A stretch of DNA of 64,000 bases. It comes from Thermoplasmata archaeon. GTDB lineage: Archaea > Thermoplasmatota > Thermoplasmata > Thermoplasmatales > GCA-001856825. The stretch is from assembly GCA_021792255.1 (NCBI GenBank), contig JAJYUZ010000002.1:64001-128000 (forward strand), written 5' to 3'. Positions 1 through 9,593 of the stretch are shown in pieces. Within the stretch, counting starts at the first letter, position 1; each line of letters begins with the position of its first letter. Below the pieces are notes generated by a model. It worked only from the letters and a program-made list of their open reading frames with translations. It did not search any database and had not been told where the DNA came from. Position numbers and translations under genes: made by a program.

Positions 1-2
1 TC

Positions 3-383
3 ATGAACAGGGAGGTAGATTCGCCTCCGTACATATCCCACAACCAGAGGAACGATGTTTCAATCTTGATGGAGGCGCCAGATGGATGGGACGTTGAAGT
101 TAACGAGCTCATAGATATAGCAGAACAGTCAATGAGCGCACCTACCTACGAGCTACTAAAGAGGGAGGAGGAAGGCATGCTGGTACTCCAGGCACACCAG
201 AATCCCAAGTTTGTTGAAGATGCAGTGAGGGATGCGATGAAACTGATCGTAAAGAAATTTGCAAAAATGCCTGATGAGGTTTCGGTAAAGGTGACCAGCG
301 AAAGCTATGAGACGATTCACAAGCACAACGCATACGCAGAAAAATCCGGGACTCTCGGAGAGCTCAGGAGAGAGTTGGGCTAA
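3..383 (+). CDS. mptA: GTP cyclohydrolase MptA/FolE2 family, C-terminal part (truncated by left window edge)
   Basis: Motifs LLKREEE, AHQNPKFVEDAVR and ESYETIHKHNAYAE are typical of the FolE2/MptA C-terminus. Confidence 0.88.
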   Translation: MNREVDSPPYISHNQRNDVSILMEAPDGWDVEVNELIDIAEQSMSAPTYELLKREEEGMLVLQAHQNPKFVEDAVRDAMKLIVKKFAKMPDEVSVKVTSESYETIHKHNAYAEKSGTLGELRRELG

Positions 384-3085
384 GACCAGAATCTTCTGTT
401 CTTGGCGAACTCAACTTCACTGATTAGTATTTTTTCCAACAGTTCGTTTTCTGACCTAGTTGGTACTTCGAGTATTCTGGATGCGCTTTCCGGTCCAATA
501 CCGTGTGCAGCAAGAACCAGGAGAGCTCTTTCTTCATACATTCTCATCAGATGGTAGGAAGTCCTGATCTTCTTCAGTGTCTCTGCAGTCATCTTTCGAG
601 TATTTTCGACCTCGTATGGCTTTATGGGGGCTATTCTCGGGCTGCTGCAGAATATGCATCTCCTCTCCTTTAGTTCCTGCACTCTGCTCTTGAAAATCCT
701 GTGGCAGCTTAGGCAGTAGAACGCCATCTCCTCAGAAAGAAGTCTCTTTCTTACAGCAGAGAGTATTGGTGCCGTAGGTCTTATCGGCATCATCTTCTCC
801 TTCAGGCTGTTCATGTAGAGCTTGGATGAACTGGAAAACGCTCCTTTCACCTCTATAGCCATTTTTCCCGATGAAATCATCTCGCCTATTTTGGAGAGAT
901 TTTCGACATCAAGGTAGTCCCACTTGAATTTCTCAAGGGCTTCCTTGAAGAATGGGGTGTCCCTGTAGGAAGAAAAGATTCTCTCTATTCTTATTCTAGT
1001 GTAGTCGCTCTCCTTCGATAACACGCCAAATTTTTTTGCAACATTCACAGTGCTGTACTGAAACGTCCTTGATTTTTCAACGTACCTGTCGAGATTTTGA
1101 AATTCATCTTGCATCTGTTCTAGGATCTCTACAACCTCTTCGGTCCTGTACCGCATATTACCCTGGATAACTATGTGATAAGGAGAATTGTCAAAGAGGA
1201 ATGACTCTCCGTACTTCTCGGAGAGCTTGAAAGTGATGATGAGAGCCAGGGTGTAATTGACCTTTGTTCCAGCGGTGAGCTGGATGACTGAAGTGACACC
1301 CTCCTTTTCCAGTCTCAGCAATTGGTCATTTGCTGTACTCTTCCTGAAATCCCTTACTTTTTCCTTCGTAAACTCATCAAGATTATTGTCCAAAACGCCT
1401 TCCCTCCTTTCTCTACCTACCTCCATCGCGATCTCGAATGGCACGGGGATTTCCTCTCCAGACCAACTTGGAGGAACGGAAATACCTTGGATGAAATCAA
1501 CGTAGATGTATCTCTCCTTTATTCCGAGAACCCTCCAAGTGCTTCCCTTCAGAGTGAACGTCGAACCAACATCGATCTCAGAGGCTACATATCCTTCATC
1601 CAGAAATCCGATGATTTTAGAAGTACTCGATTCTTTCACGACGTATCTCTTCTCGTCCGGAATCATCGAAATATTTTCTATGAAATATTTCAGCGTTCTT
1701 CCGCTCTTTCGGACGACTTTCGATTCAGGGTCGTATCTGATGACGTAAATTGAGGAAAGAAATACAAGGAGCGATTCGAACTCTTCTCTAGTCAAGGTGC
1801 TGAAATTTTTGATTCTTCTGAAAATATCAAGTGCACTGTCCACACCGACCTGCCTCTCAGCATTGACTAGGGCCATGATTTGATTTGCTACCACGATTAA
1901 CGGATTCTCTCTTATTTTGACGTTCTCAATCGAATTCCGTTCTGCGAACTTGGAGATCACCCCTCCTTCTTCCGCCTCAATCTCATTCATCGCTACAATC
2001 ATTCCCTTGGAGGTTTCCGCCAGCCTGTGCTTACCTCTTCCAACTCTCTGCACCAGCCTTATGACTTGCCTCGGAGAATTGACCTGGGCAACGAAATCTA
2101 CGCTTCCAACGTCTATGCCCAATTCCATGCTAGACGTGCAAATTATTCCCTTTAACTTACCTTTCTTGAAATCTTCCTCAATCTTTGTCCTTACATCCTT
2201 TCCTAGAGAACCGTGGTGCACTTCTACCAATATTTTTTCGTCGACCAAACGGAGTCTCATTACAAGGTCTTCAGCCGTTGCCCTTGTATTTGAAAAGACA
2301 ATGAACTGTTTGCCAGAGCTATACAATTTCATTATGTAATCTACAATCTGTGCATAATTTTCGTCCGATCCAATGATATCTCTGAAAGAAGGGAGTGCAT
2401 CTTTAGGCATCGAGACGCTGATTTCATAACGCTTGGAAACTCCAGCCTTCAATACCTTGTATTCGCTATCGAAGAACAGATTTTTTGAGACCTCCTCTGG
2501 GTTGCCTATCGTAGCCGAGATTGCAATTATCTTAAACTCAGGAGCTATTTCTCTCATCCTTGAAAGTCCGACCATCAACTGCCATCCTCTCTCGTCGTTC
2601 AGAAGTTCATGGACCTCGTCTATTATCACGTACCTGACGGTTTTCAGATGGTTCCTGATCTTCTTCCCACTCACGATGAGCTGCAGGGTCTCAGGGGTCG
2701 TGATTAGCACCTGCGGCGGATGCAATAACTGATATCTTCTCTCACTTTCGCTGCTATCACCGTGCCTCACTCCAACCTCGAGCCCGAATGCTTTACCATA
2801 AAACTCTATTCTTGATAGCACATCTCTGTTAAGCGCTCTTAAAGGTGTGATGTATATGGCGCCAAATCCACGTATCTGCTCTTTAATCTCTCGCAGTCTG
2901 AAGAAAACAGGAAGAACAGCTGCTTCCGTTTTACCGCTACCAGTTGGCGATGTGAGTAGGACGTTGTGATTCTTCAGGATTTCCGGAATTCCTATCTTTT
3001 GAGGTTCCGTAAAGGCGGTGAATCCCCTCTCTCTGAGAACTGCGAGAAGCTTTTTCTCCACTTCCACCTCAGATAGTCCTCCCAT
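380..3085 (-). CDS. lhr: Lhr-family SF2 ATP-dependent helicase with C-terminal Cys-rich (CxxC...CxxC) region
   Basis: SPTGSGKT, YITPLRALNRD, TTPETL, DEVH, HHGSL, ELGIDVG, QRVGR, PSWSGE; C-terminal CLSC...CIFC. Confidence 0.92.
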   Translation of the reverse strand: MGGLSEVEVEKKLLAVLRERGFTAFTEPQKIGIPEILKNHNVLLTSPTGSGKTEAAVLPVFFRLREIKEQIRGFGAIYITPLRALNRDVLSRIEFYGKAFGLEVGVRHGDSSESERRYQLLHPPQVLITTPETLQLIVSGKKIRNHLKTVRYVIIDEVHELLNDERGWQLMVGLSRMREIAPEFKIIAISATIGNPEEVSKNLFFDSEYKVLKAGVSKRYEISVSMPKDALPSFRDIIGSDENYAQIVDYIMKLYSSGKQFIVFSNTRATAEDLVMRLRLVDEKILVEVHHGSLGKDVRTKIEEDFKKGKLKGIICTSSMELGIDVGSVDFVAQVNSPRQVIRLVQRVGRGKHRLAETSKGMIVAMNEIEAEEGGVISKFAERNSIENVKIRENPLIVVANQIMALVNAERQVGVDSALDIFRRIKNFSTLTREEFESLLVFLSSIYVIRYDPESKVVRKSGRTLKYFIENISMIPDEKRYVVKESSTSKIIGFLDEGYVASEIDVGSTFTLKGSTWRVLGIKERYIYVDFIQGISVPPSWSGEEIPVPFEIAMEVGRERREGVLDNNLDEFTKEKVRDFRKSTANDQLLRLEKEGVTSVIQLTAGTKVNYTLALIITFKLSEKYGESFLFDNSPYHIVIQGNMRYRTEEVVEILEQMQDEFQNLDRYVEKSRTFQYSTVNVAKKFGVLSKESDYTRIRIERIFSSYRDTPFFKEALEKFKWDYLDVENLSKIGEMISSGKMAIEVKGAFSSSSKLYMNSLKEKMMPIRPTAPILSAVRKRLLSEEMAFYCLSCHRIFKSRVQELKERRCIFCSSPRIAPIKPYEVENTRKMTAETLKKIRTSYHLMRMYEERALLVLAAHGIGPESASRILEVPTRSENELLEKILISEVEFAKNRRFWS

Positions 3086-3174
3086 GTCTTCACAGAATAC
3101 CTAAACAGCTTAAAAATTAGTGCACCAAAATTCTCCCAAGAAAATTATTTAAAGGGTGTCTAACTTGCGCTCTA

Positions 3175-3906
3175 ATGTTAGGAAAGATGGGTCTCAGACC
3201 TTATTCTATCTATGAAATTAAGGAGTTAACTCACGGAGAATCTGACAGTCCAAGAATAGTGAGTTTTAAGATGAGACCGAAGGACGGGCAAAAATTCAAT
3301 TTCGTCCCAGGAATGTTCTCATCACTATTCCTGAACCCTAACGATAAATTGTTCCGCTCTTATTCCATAGCCTCTTCTCCGACCGAAGATCACCTGGAAT
3401 TCATGATTGAATTGATAAATGGAAGATTTACCAGTCTACTGGCGAATCTCAAAGAGGGAGACGAGATATACGTTTCAGAGCCTAGAGGTGCATTCCTGTA
3501 CGAGCCAAGTGATAAACACAATGATCTTTTTCTTGCAGCAGGTATAGGTATCGCACCATTTTTTTCAATGCTCAGGTATCTGAAGAGTAAGAATATGAAG
3601 AGAAATGTGTACCTATTTTACAGCATAAAGCACAAGGACGACATTGTAAATCTCTCTGAACTGGAGGGGTACAAAGAGCTTGGCTTGAACATCATCTATA
3701 CAGTAACCAGGGATGCAGAAAACGAACCGTGGTCTGGGGAGAGAGGGAGAATCAATATGCAGATGATTCAGAAGCACTCGGGGGACTTCGTTTCGAGGAC
3801 GGTATATTTATGTGGAGGAATCAGGTTTGTAAAGGACATAGTCGAAGAGCTCAAGTCTGAGGGAATAGCGGACGAAGAAATCAAGAGAGATATCTGGGGA
3901 GAGTAA
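3175..3906 (+). CDS. FAD/NAD(P)-binding oxidoreductase, ferredoxin-NADP reductase/flavin reductase family, no Fe-S domain
   Basis: RSYSIAS, GRFTS, AAGIGIAP and YLCG motifs. Confidence 0.88.
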   Translation: MLGKMGLRPYSIYEIKELTHGESDSPRIVSFKMRPKDGQKFNFVPGMFSSLFLNPNDKLFRSYSIASSPTEDHLEFMIELINGRFTSLLANLKEGDEIYVSEPRGAFLYEPSDKHNDLFLAAGIGIAPFFSMLRYLKSKNMKRNVYLFYSIKHKDDIVNLSELEGYKELGLNIIYTVTRDAENEPWSGERGRINMQMIQKHSGDFVSRTVYLCGGIRFVKDIVEELKSEGIADEEIKRDIWGE

Positions 3907-4078
3907 ACTAGATTTTGAGAATTTGGGTACGGAGTCACAATATGCAAAGAGTACAGATTTTCACATATCATCTTCAATTAAAGGCAAATGAATGACTTTT
4001 TTCTTGATTAAATTTTGGTTGTTGAATTTATTAGTCCAGAGCTGAAAGGAGCACGTAAAATGTTCCTTCTTCTGACAA

Positions 4079-4089
4079 CGCTTATATAG
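4079..4089 (+). promoter_or_regulatory. Putative TATA box for the peptide ABC transporter operon (leaderless or short leader)
   Basis: cgCTTATATAg about 26-35 nt upstream of ATG 4115. Confidence 0.5.
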
Positions 4090-4114
4090 CAAAGTTCCAT
4101 CGCCATCAGATAGG

Positions 4115-5191
4115 ATGGAACTAAGATATTTCATAATTCGAAGAATGTTACTTCTCATCCCAACGATTTTAGGATTGACCATTTTCATGTTTATTCTGAT
4201 CGATTCAGTGCCGAAAGGAATTCTTGCATCACCGTACATAAATCCACATTCCTCGGTTCCGGTAAAGATACAGATACAGAATGCGTTAAAGATCTTGGGA
4301 TTGAACTATCCTCCTCCAATAGCTTACCTTTTCTACCTAGATAGACTGGTCCACGGCGACCTCGGGCTAATGAGTATGCCGGGATATCCCAACTCTGTCT
4401 CAGCAGCTATACTTGACGCTCTTCCCAATACTATTCAGCTGACCATATTTGCCTCAATTGTTTCCATTGCAATTGCAATCCCACTTGGAACTTACATCGG
4501 TGCTAGGCCGAACTCAGTTGCAGACCAAGCAGGAAGAATTTTCACGCTTACAGGATACGCAATTCCGGCCTTCTGGCTCGCCCTTTTACTACAGCTCGGG
4601 CTGGGTAAGGGGACAATATCTGGAAATCCATTTGGATTTTTCCCAATCTCTGGCTCGTTTACTGCCTCTTTGATTCCATATCCTCCACCGTCCTGGTTTG
4701 TAGGCGGGTATACGGAGCCTACACACCTTGTCATATTCGATTCACTAATTCACGGGGATTTCCCCTTATTTGTTGACTCATTGGAGCACATAGTTCTCCC
4801 AACTCTTACCCTAACTTACGTACTCCTAGCGGGTATTCTCAGGTTCATAAGGGCTGGAATGGTTGATGCATCCAATCAAGAATATGTCAAGACCGCAAGA
4901 TCAAAGGGAGTTCCAGAAAAGCAGGTCATAAAGAAACACATCAGGAAAAACGCGATGATCCCCGCCGTAACCGTGATGGGTCTTCTCATTGCAGGATTGC
5001 TCGGTGGAGTCGTCCTGACTGAAACGGTATTTCAGTACCCAGGAATGGGGTACCTCACTACTCAAGGTATTTTGTACTATCAGGTATGGCTGGTAATGGG
5101 CGGTGCTTTGGTGTTTGGACTGATATTAGTATTGACCAATCTTATCGTAGATGTAGTCTATGCAATGACTGATCCGAGGATCAGATACTGA
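4115..5191 (+). CDS. dppB: Peptide/nickel ABC transporter permease (DppB/OppB)
   Basis: YFIIRR N-terminus, GDLG, EAA loop YVKTARSKG, TETVFQYPGMG, C-terminal DPRIRY. Confidence 0.95.
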   Translation: MELRYFIIRRMLLLIPTILGLTIFMFILIDSVPKGILASPYINPHSSVPVKIQIQNALKILGLNYPPPIAYLFYLDRLVHGDLGLMSMPGYPNSVSAAILDALPNTIQLTIFASIVSIAIAIPLGTYIGARPNSVADQAGRIFTLTGYAIPAFWLALLLQLGLGKGTISGNPFGFFPISGSFTASLIPYPPPSWFVGGYTEPTHLVIFDSLIHGDFPLFVDSLEHIVLPTLTLTYVLLAGILRFIRAGMVDASNQEYVKTARSKGVPEKQVIKKHIRKNAMIPAVTVMGLLIAGLLGGVVLTETVFQYPGMGYLTTQGILYYQVWLVMGGALVFGLILVLTNLIVDVVYAMTDPRIRY

Positions 5192-5202
5192 GGGATAAAA
5201 AA

Positions 5203-6156
5203 ATGGTAACGGAATCAACTATCGGTGGAAAGGTCCTAAAATCGCGTAACACTAAACGAAGACCTAGAATGGAAGATTTTTCTCATACCTTCAAGCTATT
5301 CGTTAAGAACAAGATCGCCTTCGTGGGCTTTGCAATCGTGCTCATTTATTTTATAATAACTGTGCTTGATTATGCGGACCCATACTGGCTGGGAGTAGCC
5401 AATATAAATACAGTAGCAAGCTGGGCTCCCCACCTGACTGCTGCCGTTCCCACTCCTCCTACGCTAGCGAGGGGATGGTGGTACTGGTTTGGGGAGACCC
5501 AATTTCAGGCGCCCATATTCCCCGTTATGCTTGCAGCCCTCAAGACTGACATAACTTATTCTCTTATTGTTGTTCTGACTGGGCTGGTAATAGGAATAGT
5601 TTTGGGTACCCTGTCGGGATATTTTGGTAAACTATACGATGAACTCCTAATGAGAATTACTGATATATTCTTCAGCGTCCCGACACTAGTAATGGCAATT
5701 GCCGTCACTACAGTTCTTGGGTATTCGTTGCAAAACGTGATGATTGCACTCATCATTATTTGGTGGCCTATATATGCCAGACTTACGAGAGGAGTTTCAC
5801 TCAGCATAAAGTCAAACAAGTACATTGAAGCCTCAACCGCAGCTGGCTCATCTGGACTTAGGAACGTTTTCGTGCACGTCCTGCCTAACGTGCTTTCCGT
5901 CGTGTTCGTGCAGTTCTCACTCGATCTGGGAACGGTAGTGCAACTGTTAGCTGCACTTGATTTCATAGGTTTCAACAAAGCTAATCCTCTTCTTCCGGAG
6001 CTCGGAAGTATGCTAACGTGGGGGACTACTTACTTAGTTGGGGGCATATGGTGGCCGATCGTGGTCCCGGGAATATTCTTACTCATTTTCACTGTAGCGG
6101 TGAATTTAATGGGAGACGGATTGAGGGATGTACTTGACCCGAAACTTAGGAGGTGA
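5203..6156 (+). CDS. dppC: Peptide/nickel ABC transporter permease (DppC/OppC)
   Basis: LMRITDIF, YIEASTAAG, HVLPN, PELGSML, NLMGDGLRDVLDP. Confidence 0.95.
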   Translation: MVTESTIGGKVLKSRNTKRRPRMEDFSHTFKLFVKNKIAFVGFAIVLIYFIITVLDYADPYWLGVANINTVASWAPHLTAAVPTPPTLARGWWYWFGETQFQAPIFPVMLAALKTDITYSLIVVLTGLVIGIVLGTLSGYFGKLYDELLMRITDIFFSVPTLVMAIAVTTVLGYSLQNVMIALIIIWWPIYARLTRGVSLSIKSNKYIEASTAAGSSGLRNVFVHVLPNVLSVVFVQFSLDLGTVVQLLAALDFIGFNKANPLLPELGSMLTWGTTYLVGGIWWPIVVPGIFLLIFTVAVNLMGDGLRDVLDPKLRR

Positions 6157-6161
6157 GTAAT

Positions 6162-7724
6162 ATGATATCTAATTCTGAAAACATGAAAACGGAAAGCGAT
6201 GACTATCTGCGGGTCGAAGGTTTGAAAACTCAATTCTTCACAAGCAGAGGGATCGTCAAGGCACTGGACGGGATCAACTTTAACATAAAGAAGGGAGAAG
6301 TGTTTGGTTTAGTCGGCGAAAGTGGATGTGGCAAGAGCGTTACCGCACAATCTATAATGTATCTTATTCCGGATCCACCGGGGAGAATAGTTGAGGGGAA
6401 AATATTCGTCGACAACGTAAACATGCTAAGCAGCCTAGAGAGACTTGCGAGAATTAAAGTCAAGTCAGAAACGGACGTTAAGATCAAGAGAAACAAGAGA
6501 TTGATAAAACGACACAACTACCTGCTTTCCAAGATACGTGGAAGAAAGCTTTCAATGATATTTCAGGAACCGACACTAGCGCTTAATCCCGTGCTTAGAG
6601 TAGGCGATCAGATCTCGGAAAACATCCTCCTCCATCTGAAGGTAGAAATGGCAAATGCCATCCTTAGACGAGAGATGGCAACCAGGAAAGATTACGAGTC
6701 TTTCGTCGAGAGAATAGTCCAAATCGAGAACAAAGATCAAAGGAGAAAGGAAATCAGATCGTGGTGCGAAAACTATTCGATTTCAGATGTAGAAGAGTTG
6801 GTTAGAAATGTCTTCGCCACCAATCAAGATCGAGAGACACTGATAAAGAGCCTTGAAATCATAGTCGATGAACGAAAGAGTGGTACCGATATCCACCGAT
6901 TAGCCCGGGCTAGGGAATACTATATCTATCAACAGAAAGTTTTTGAAGCGACTCTACTCGTTATGGAAGCGGAAAGTAGCAAAAATCAAGAACCGATAGA
7001 TCAAGCAAGGTCCAATCTTAACAGTACAAAGAAGGAAGGTAGTTCGTTCCTTTCGTTTAGGATAATGAGTAAACTCATGCGAAAGAGAATCGAGGCTCCA
7101 TTAAGGGACGCAGCCCAGAGAAGGGTTATCGAGCTGCTGACTCTGGTTAATATTTCAGAGCCTGAAAGAGCAGCGGTATCGTATCCACACGAACTGAGCG
7201 GCGGGATGCAGCAGAGAGTCATGATAGCAATGGCCCTAGCGAGCAATCCACAACTGCTAATTGCAGACGAGCCTACTACGGCACTGGATGTGACTACTCA
7301 AGCTCAGATTCTCGACCTCGTGAAGAACTTGAACAAAGAGTTTGGTTCATCCGTACTTTTCATTACGCACGATCTAGCCGTAATAGCGCAGATGTGCAAC
7401 AGGGTAGGTGTGATGTACGCGGGTAATATAGTAGAAGAAGCCGATGTCAGTACCATTTTCGATAACCCGAAACATCCTTACACGATCGGACTTCTCAAGG
7501 CCCTGCCCAGAGCCGACAGGATAGCAGGAAAGATGGTCAAGCTAGACACCATAGCAGGCACTGTACCCAATCTTATAACACCACCACCTGGATGCAGATT
7601 CCATCCCAGGTGCAAGTTCAAGATGGACATATGTGAGAAGAAGAAGCCGGAACTAGATGATCTGGGGGGAGCGCACAAGGTTGCGTGCTTCCTCTATCAA
7701 GAGCCAGGAGGTGCTGTTCAATGA
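6162..7724 (+). CDS. dppD: Peptide ABC transporter ATPase (DppD/OppD) with large internal insertions
   Basis: Walker A GESGCGKS, IFQEP, YPHELSGGMQQR, LIADEPTTALD, HPYT and 4-Cys C-terminus; SD GGAGGTGA at 6149-6156 favours ATG 6162. Confidence 0.93.
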   Translation: MISNSENMKTESDDYLRVEGLKTQFFTSRGIVKALDGINFNIKKGEVFGLVGESGCGKSVTAQSIMYLIPDPPGRIVEGKIFVDNVNMLSSLERLARIKVKSETDVKIKRNKRLIKRHNYLLSKIRGRKLSMIFQEPTLALNPVLRVGDQISENILLHLKVEMANAILRREMATRKDYESFVERIVQIENKDQRRKEIRSWCENYSISDVEELVRNVFATNQDRETLIKSLEIIVDERKSGTDIHRLARAREYYIYQQKVFEATLLVMEAESSKNQEPIDQARSNLNSTKKEGSSFLSFRIMSKLMRKRIEAPLRDAAQRRVIELLTLVNISEPERAAVSYPHELSGGMQQRVMIAMALASNPQLLIADEPTTALDVTTQAQILDLVKNLNKEFGSSVLFITHDLAVIAQMCNRVGVMYAGNIVEEADVSTIFDNPKHPYTIGLLKALPRADRIAGKMVKLDTIAGTVPNLITPPPGCRFHPRCKFKMDICEKKKPELDDLGGAHKVACFLYQEPGGAVQ

Positions 7725-9169
7725 CTGATATAGAACAATCAAACGGAGACGTGTTACTTTACGTTTCTCACTTAAAGAAATACTTTGATATCTCAAAATC
7801 TGGATTTAGGACCACCGGCCACGTTCGTGCAGTAGATGACGTCACCTTTACCCTAAACAGCAACGAGACTCTCGGGGTCGTAGGTGAAACCGGTTGCGGA
7901 AAGACCACCCTCGGAAGACTTATCCTGAAACTACTTGATTCAACGGATGGTAACGTTTATTTTAATCTTCCCAGAGGCGTCCTGGACAAAATCATGCAAC
8001 TCGAGCGGGAACTCGAACTCCTAGGAGAAACGAAGAATGAAGAGAGTGAGAAGCGTACAAAATCGATAGTCAAAGAACTGGGAGAGATCAACAAGGAGTA
8101 CTCACTGACCAAAATTAGATCGGGAAAAATGAAGAAGTACAGAAAGGATATGCAGCCTGTCTTCCAGGATCCTTTCAGTTCTCTCGATCCAAGACAGATC
8201 ATTAGAGACGTACTGGCGGAACCAATGAAACTTCTCACAGACATGAAGGGAGAAGAGATACTCGGTAGGAGCATGAACCTGATTGGGGAAGTTGGTCTAA
8301 GCGAAGATCATCTATACAGATTTCCCCACGAATTCAGTGGTGGCCAGAGACAGAGAATCGGTATAGCAAGGGCAATATCCATCGAGCCAAAACTGCTAGT
8401 TCTAGATGAACCGACTTCAGCTCTAGACGTTTCTGTTCAGGCACAGATCCTCAACCTGCTGAAAGATCTCCAGGAACAGAAGAATCTCACCTTCATATTC
8501 ATATCTCATCACCTCAATGTCATAAGACTGATGTCCGATAAGGTCGCAGTAATGTACCTTGGAAAGATCGTTGAGCTCGCCGATACCGAAACGCTTTTCA
8601 CCAACATGCTGCACCCTTACACAGAGGCTTTGCTGTCTGCAATACCGCTTCCGGATCCAAAGGTAGCAAGATCCAGGATAATACTTGAAGGAGAGGTGCC
8701 GAATCCAGCAAATCCGCCAAAGGGGTGCCATTTCCACCCAAGATGCAAATATGCAATGACAAATTGTGGGTGGTCACCAAGAGATTTTGTAATGCCACTG
8801 CAGGAAATGCTCGAGCCGCTAAGAGTGAAGGAGAGTAATATTCTCCCAGCCACAAAAGAAATTCTTACGGACGAATCTTCAAATTCGATAGAAGTGGTTT
8901 TTGAAACTGGAATAAATTCACAGCAGTTTGAAACGTTCAAGGGCATGCTAAACGAGTCTGCTTCAAAAACGAACGGTGTCAGATTTAGGGCGATCACAAG
9001 TATTTCTCTATCACAAACAGGATCCTCTATAGTCATCGCAATAAAAGAATCAGACGTCCCAAGGCTGAAAGAGATCAAACCCGGTCATTATGTTTCATGC
9101 CTCATGTACGAGAAGGGGGCAGAATCAACTGGGATCCGAGGAAGTAATGTCAATCCGGCCACGGGCTAA
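7721..9169 (+). CDS. dppF: Peptide ABC transporter ATPase (DppF/OppF) with insertions
   Basis: GETGCGKTT, VFQDPFSSLDP, FPHEFSGGQRQR, DEPTSALD, HPYT; SD GGAGGTG at 7707 and ATGA overlap with dppD. Confidence 0.93.
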   Translation: MTDIEQSNGDVLLYVSHLKKYFDISKSGFRTTGHVRAVDDVTFTLNSNETLGVVGETGCGKTTLGRLILKLLDSTDGNVYFNLPRGVLDKIMQLERELELLGETKNEESEKRTKSIVKELGEINKEYSLTKIRSGKMKKYRKDMQPVFQDPFSSLDPRQIIRDVLAEPMKLLTDMKGEEILGRSMNLIGEVGLSEDHLYRFPHEFSGGQRQRIGIARAISIEPKLLVLDEPTSALDVSVQAQILNLLKDLQEQKNLTFIFISHHLNVIRLMSDKVAVMYLGKIVELADTETLFTNMLHPYTEALLSAIPLPDPKVARSRIILEGEVPNPANPPKGCHFHPRCKYAMTNCGWSPRDFVMPLQEMLEPLRVKESNILPATKEILTDESSNSIEVVFETGINSQQFETFKGMLNESASKTNGVRFRAITSISLSQTGSSIVIAIKESDVPRLKEIKPGHYVSCLMYEKGAESTGIRGSNVNPATG

Positions 9170-9515
9170 GGTCTATGAGGTCAGCGAAGAACGAAAAGAG
9201 ATAACTTCGAAGGATTTGACACGAAAGCAGCTAATTCTTTACGTGCTGAATGATTTCCTGAAAGGTCTGTATGTCATAGGTTGCATGTTCCTTGACGGGC
9301 TCGTGATCCTTCAAATTTATTCCTTTGTACCCTCCTCGCTCCTTTATCAGGGCTTGCTTTCCAACGTGTACTCAAGAGACGCACTTATTGGTTCCATAAC
9401 TATGGTACTGGGGGTATTCGTGATATACGTTCAGGTGAAGGCATACAGACGAATATGGCCAAAGGGCTCACTTTTTATTGGGCACAAGATTGAAGAGGAC
9501 AAAGAGGGAAAATAG
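9147..9515 (+). CDS. Small membrane protein (about 2 TM), last gene of the ABC operon
   Basis: ATG 9147 overlaps the end of dppF; two hydrophobic segments. Confidence 0.7.
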   Translation: MSIRPRAKVYEVSEERKEITSKDLTRKQLILYVLNDFLKGLYVIGCMFLDGLVILQIYSFVPSSLLYQGLLSNVYSRDALIGSITMVLGVFVIYVQVKAYRRIWPKGSLFIGHKIEEDKEGK

Positions 9516-9593
9516 TTTCTAGCCAGATTTCTTCCTTGCATTGGCTCCACGGAAGCACCCAGTTATCAGTTATCATGTTCTCACATTAGAGTC

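Noticed and set aside
6637-7105. Intein as explanation for the DppD insertion
   Set aside because: No N-terminal Cys/Ser block, no His-Asn C-terminus and no LAGLIDADG motif
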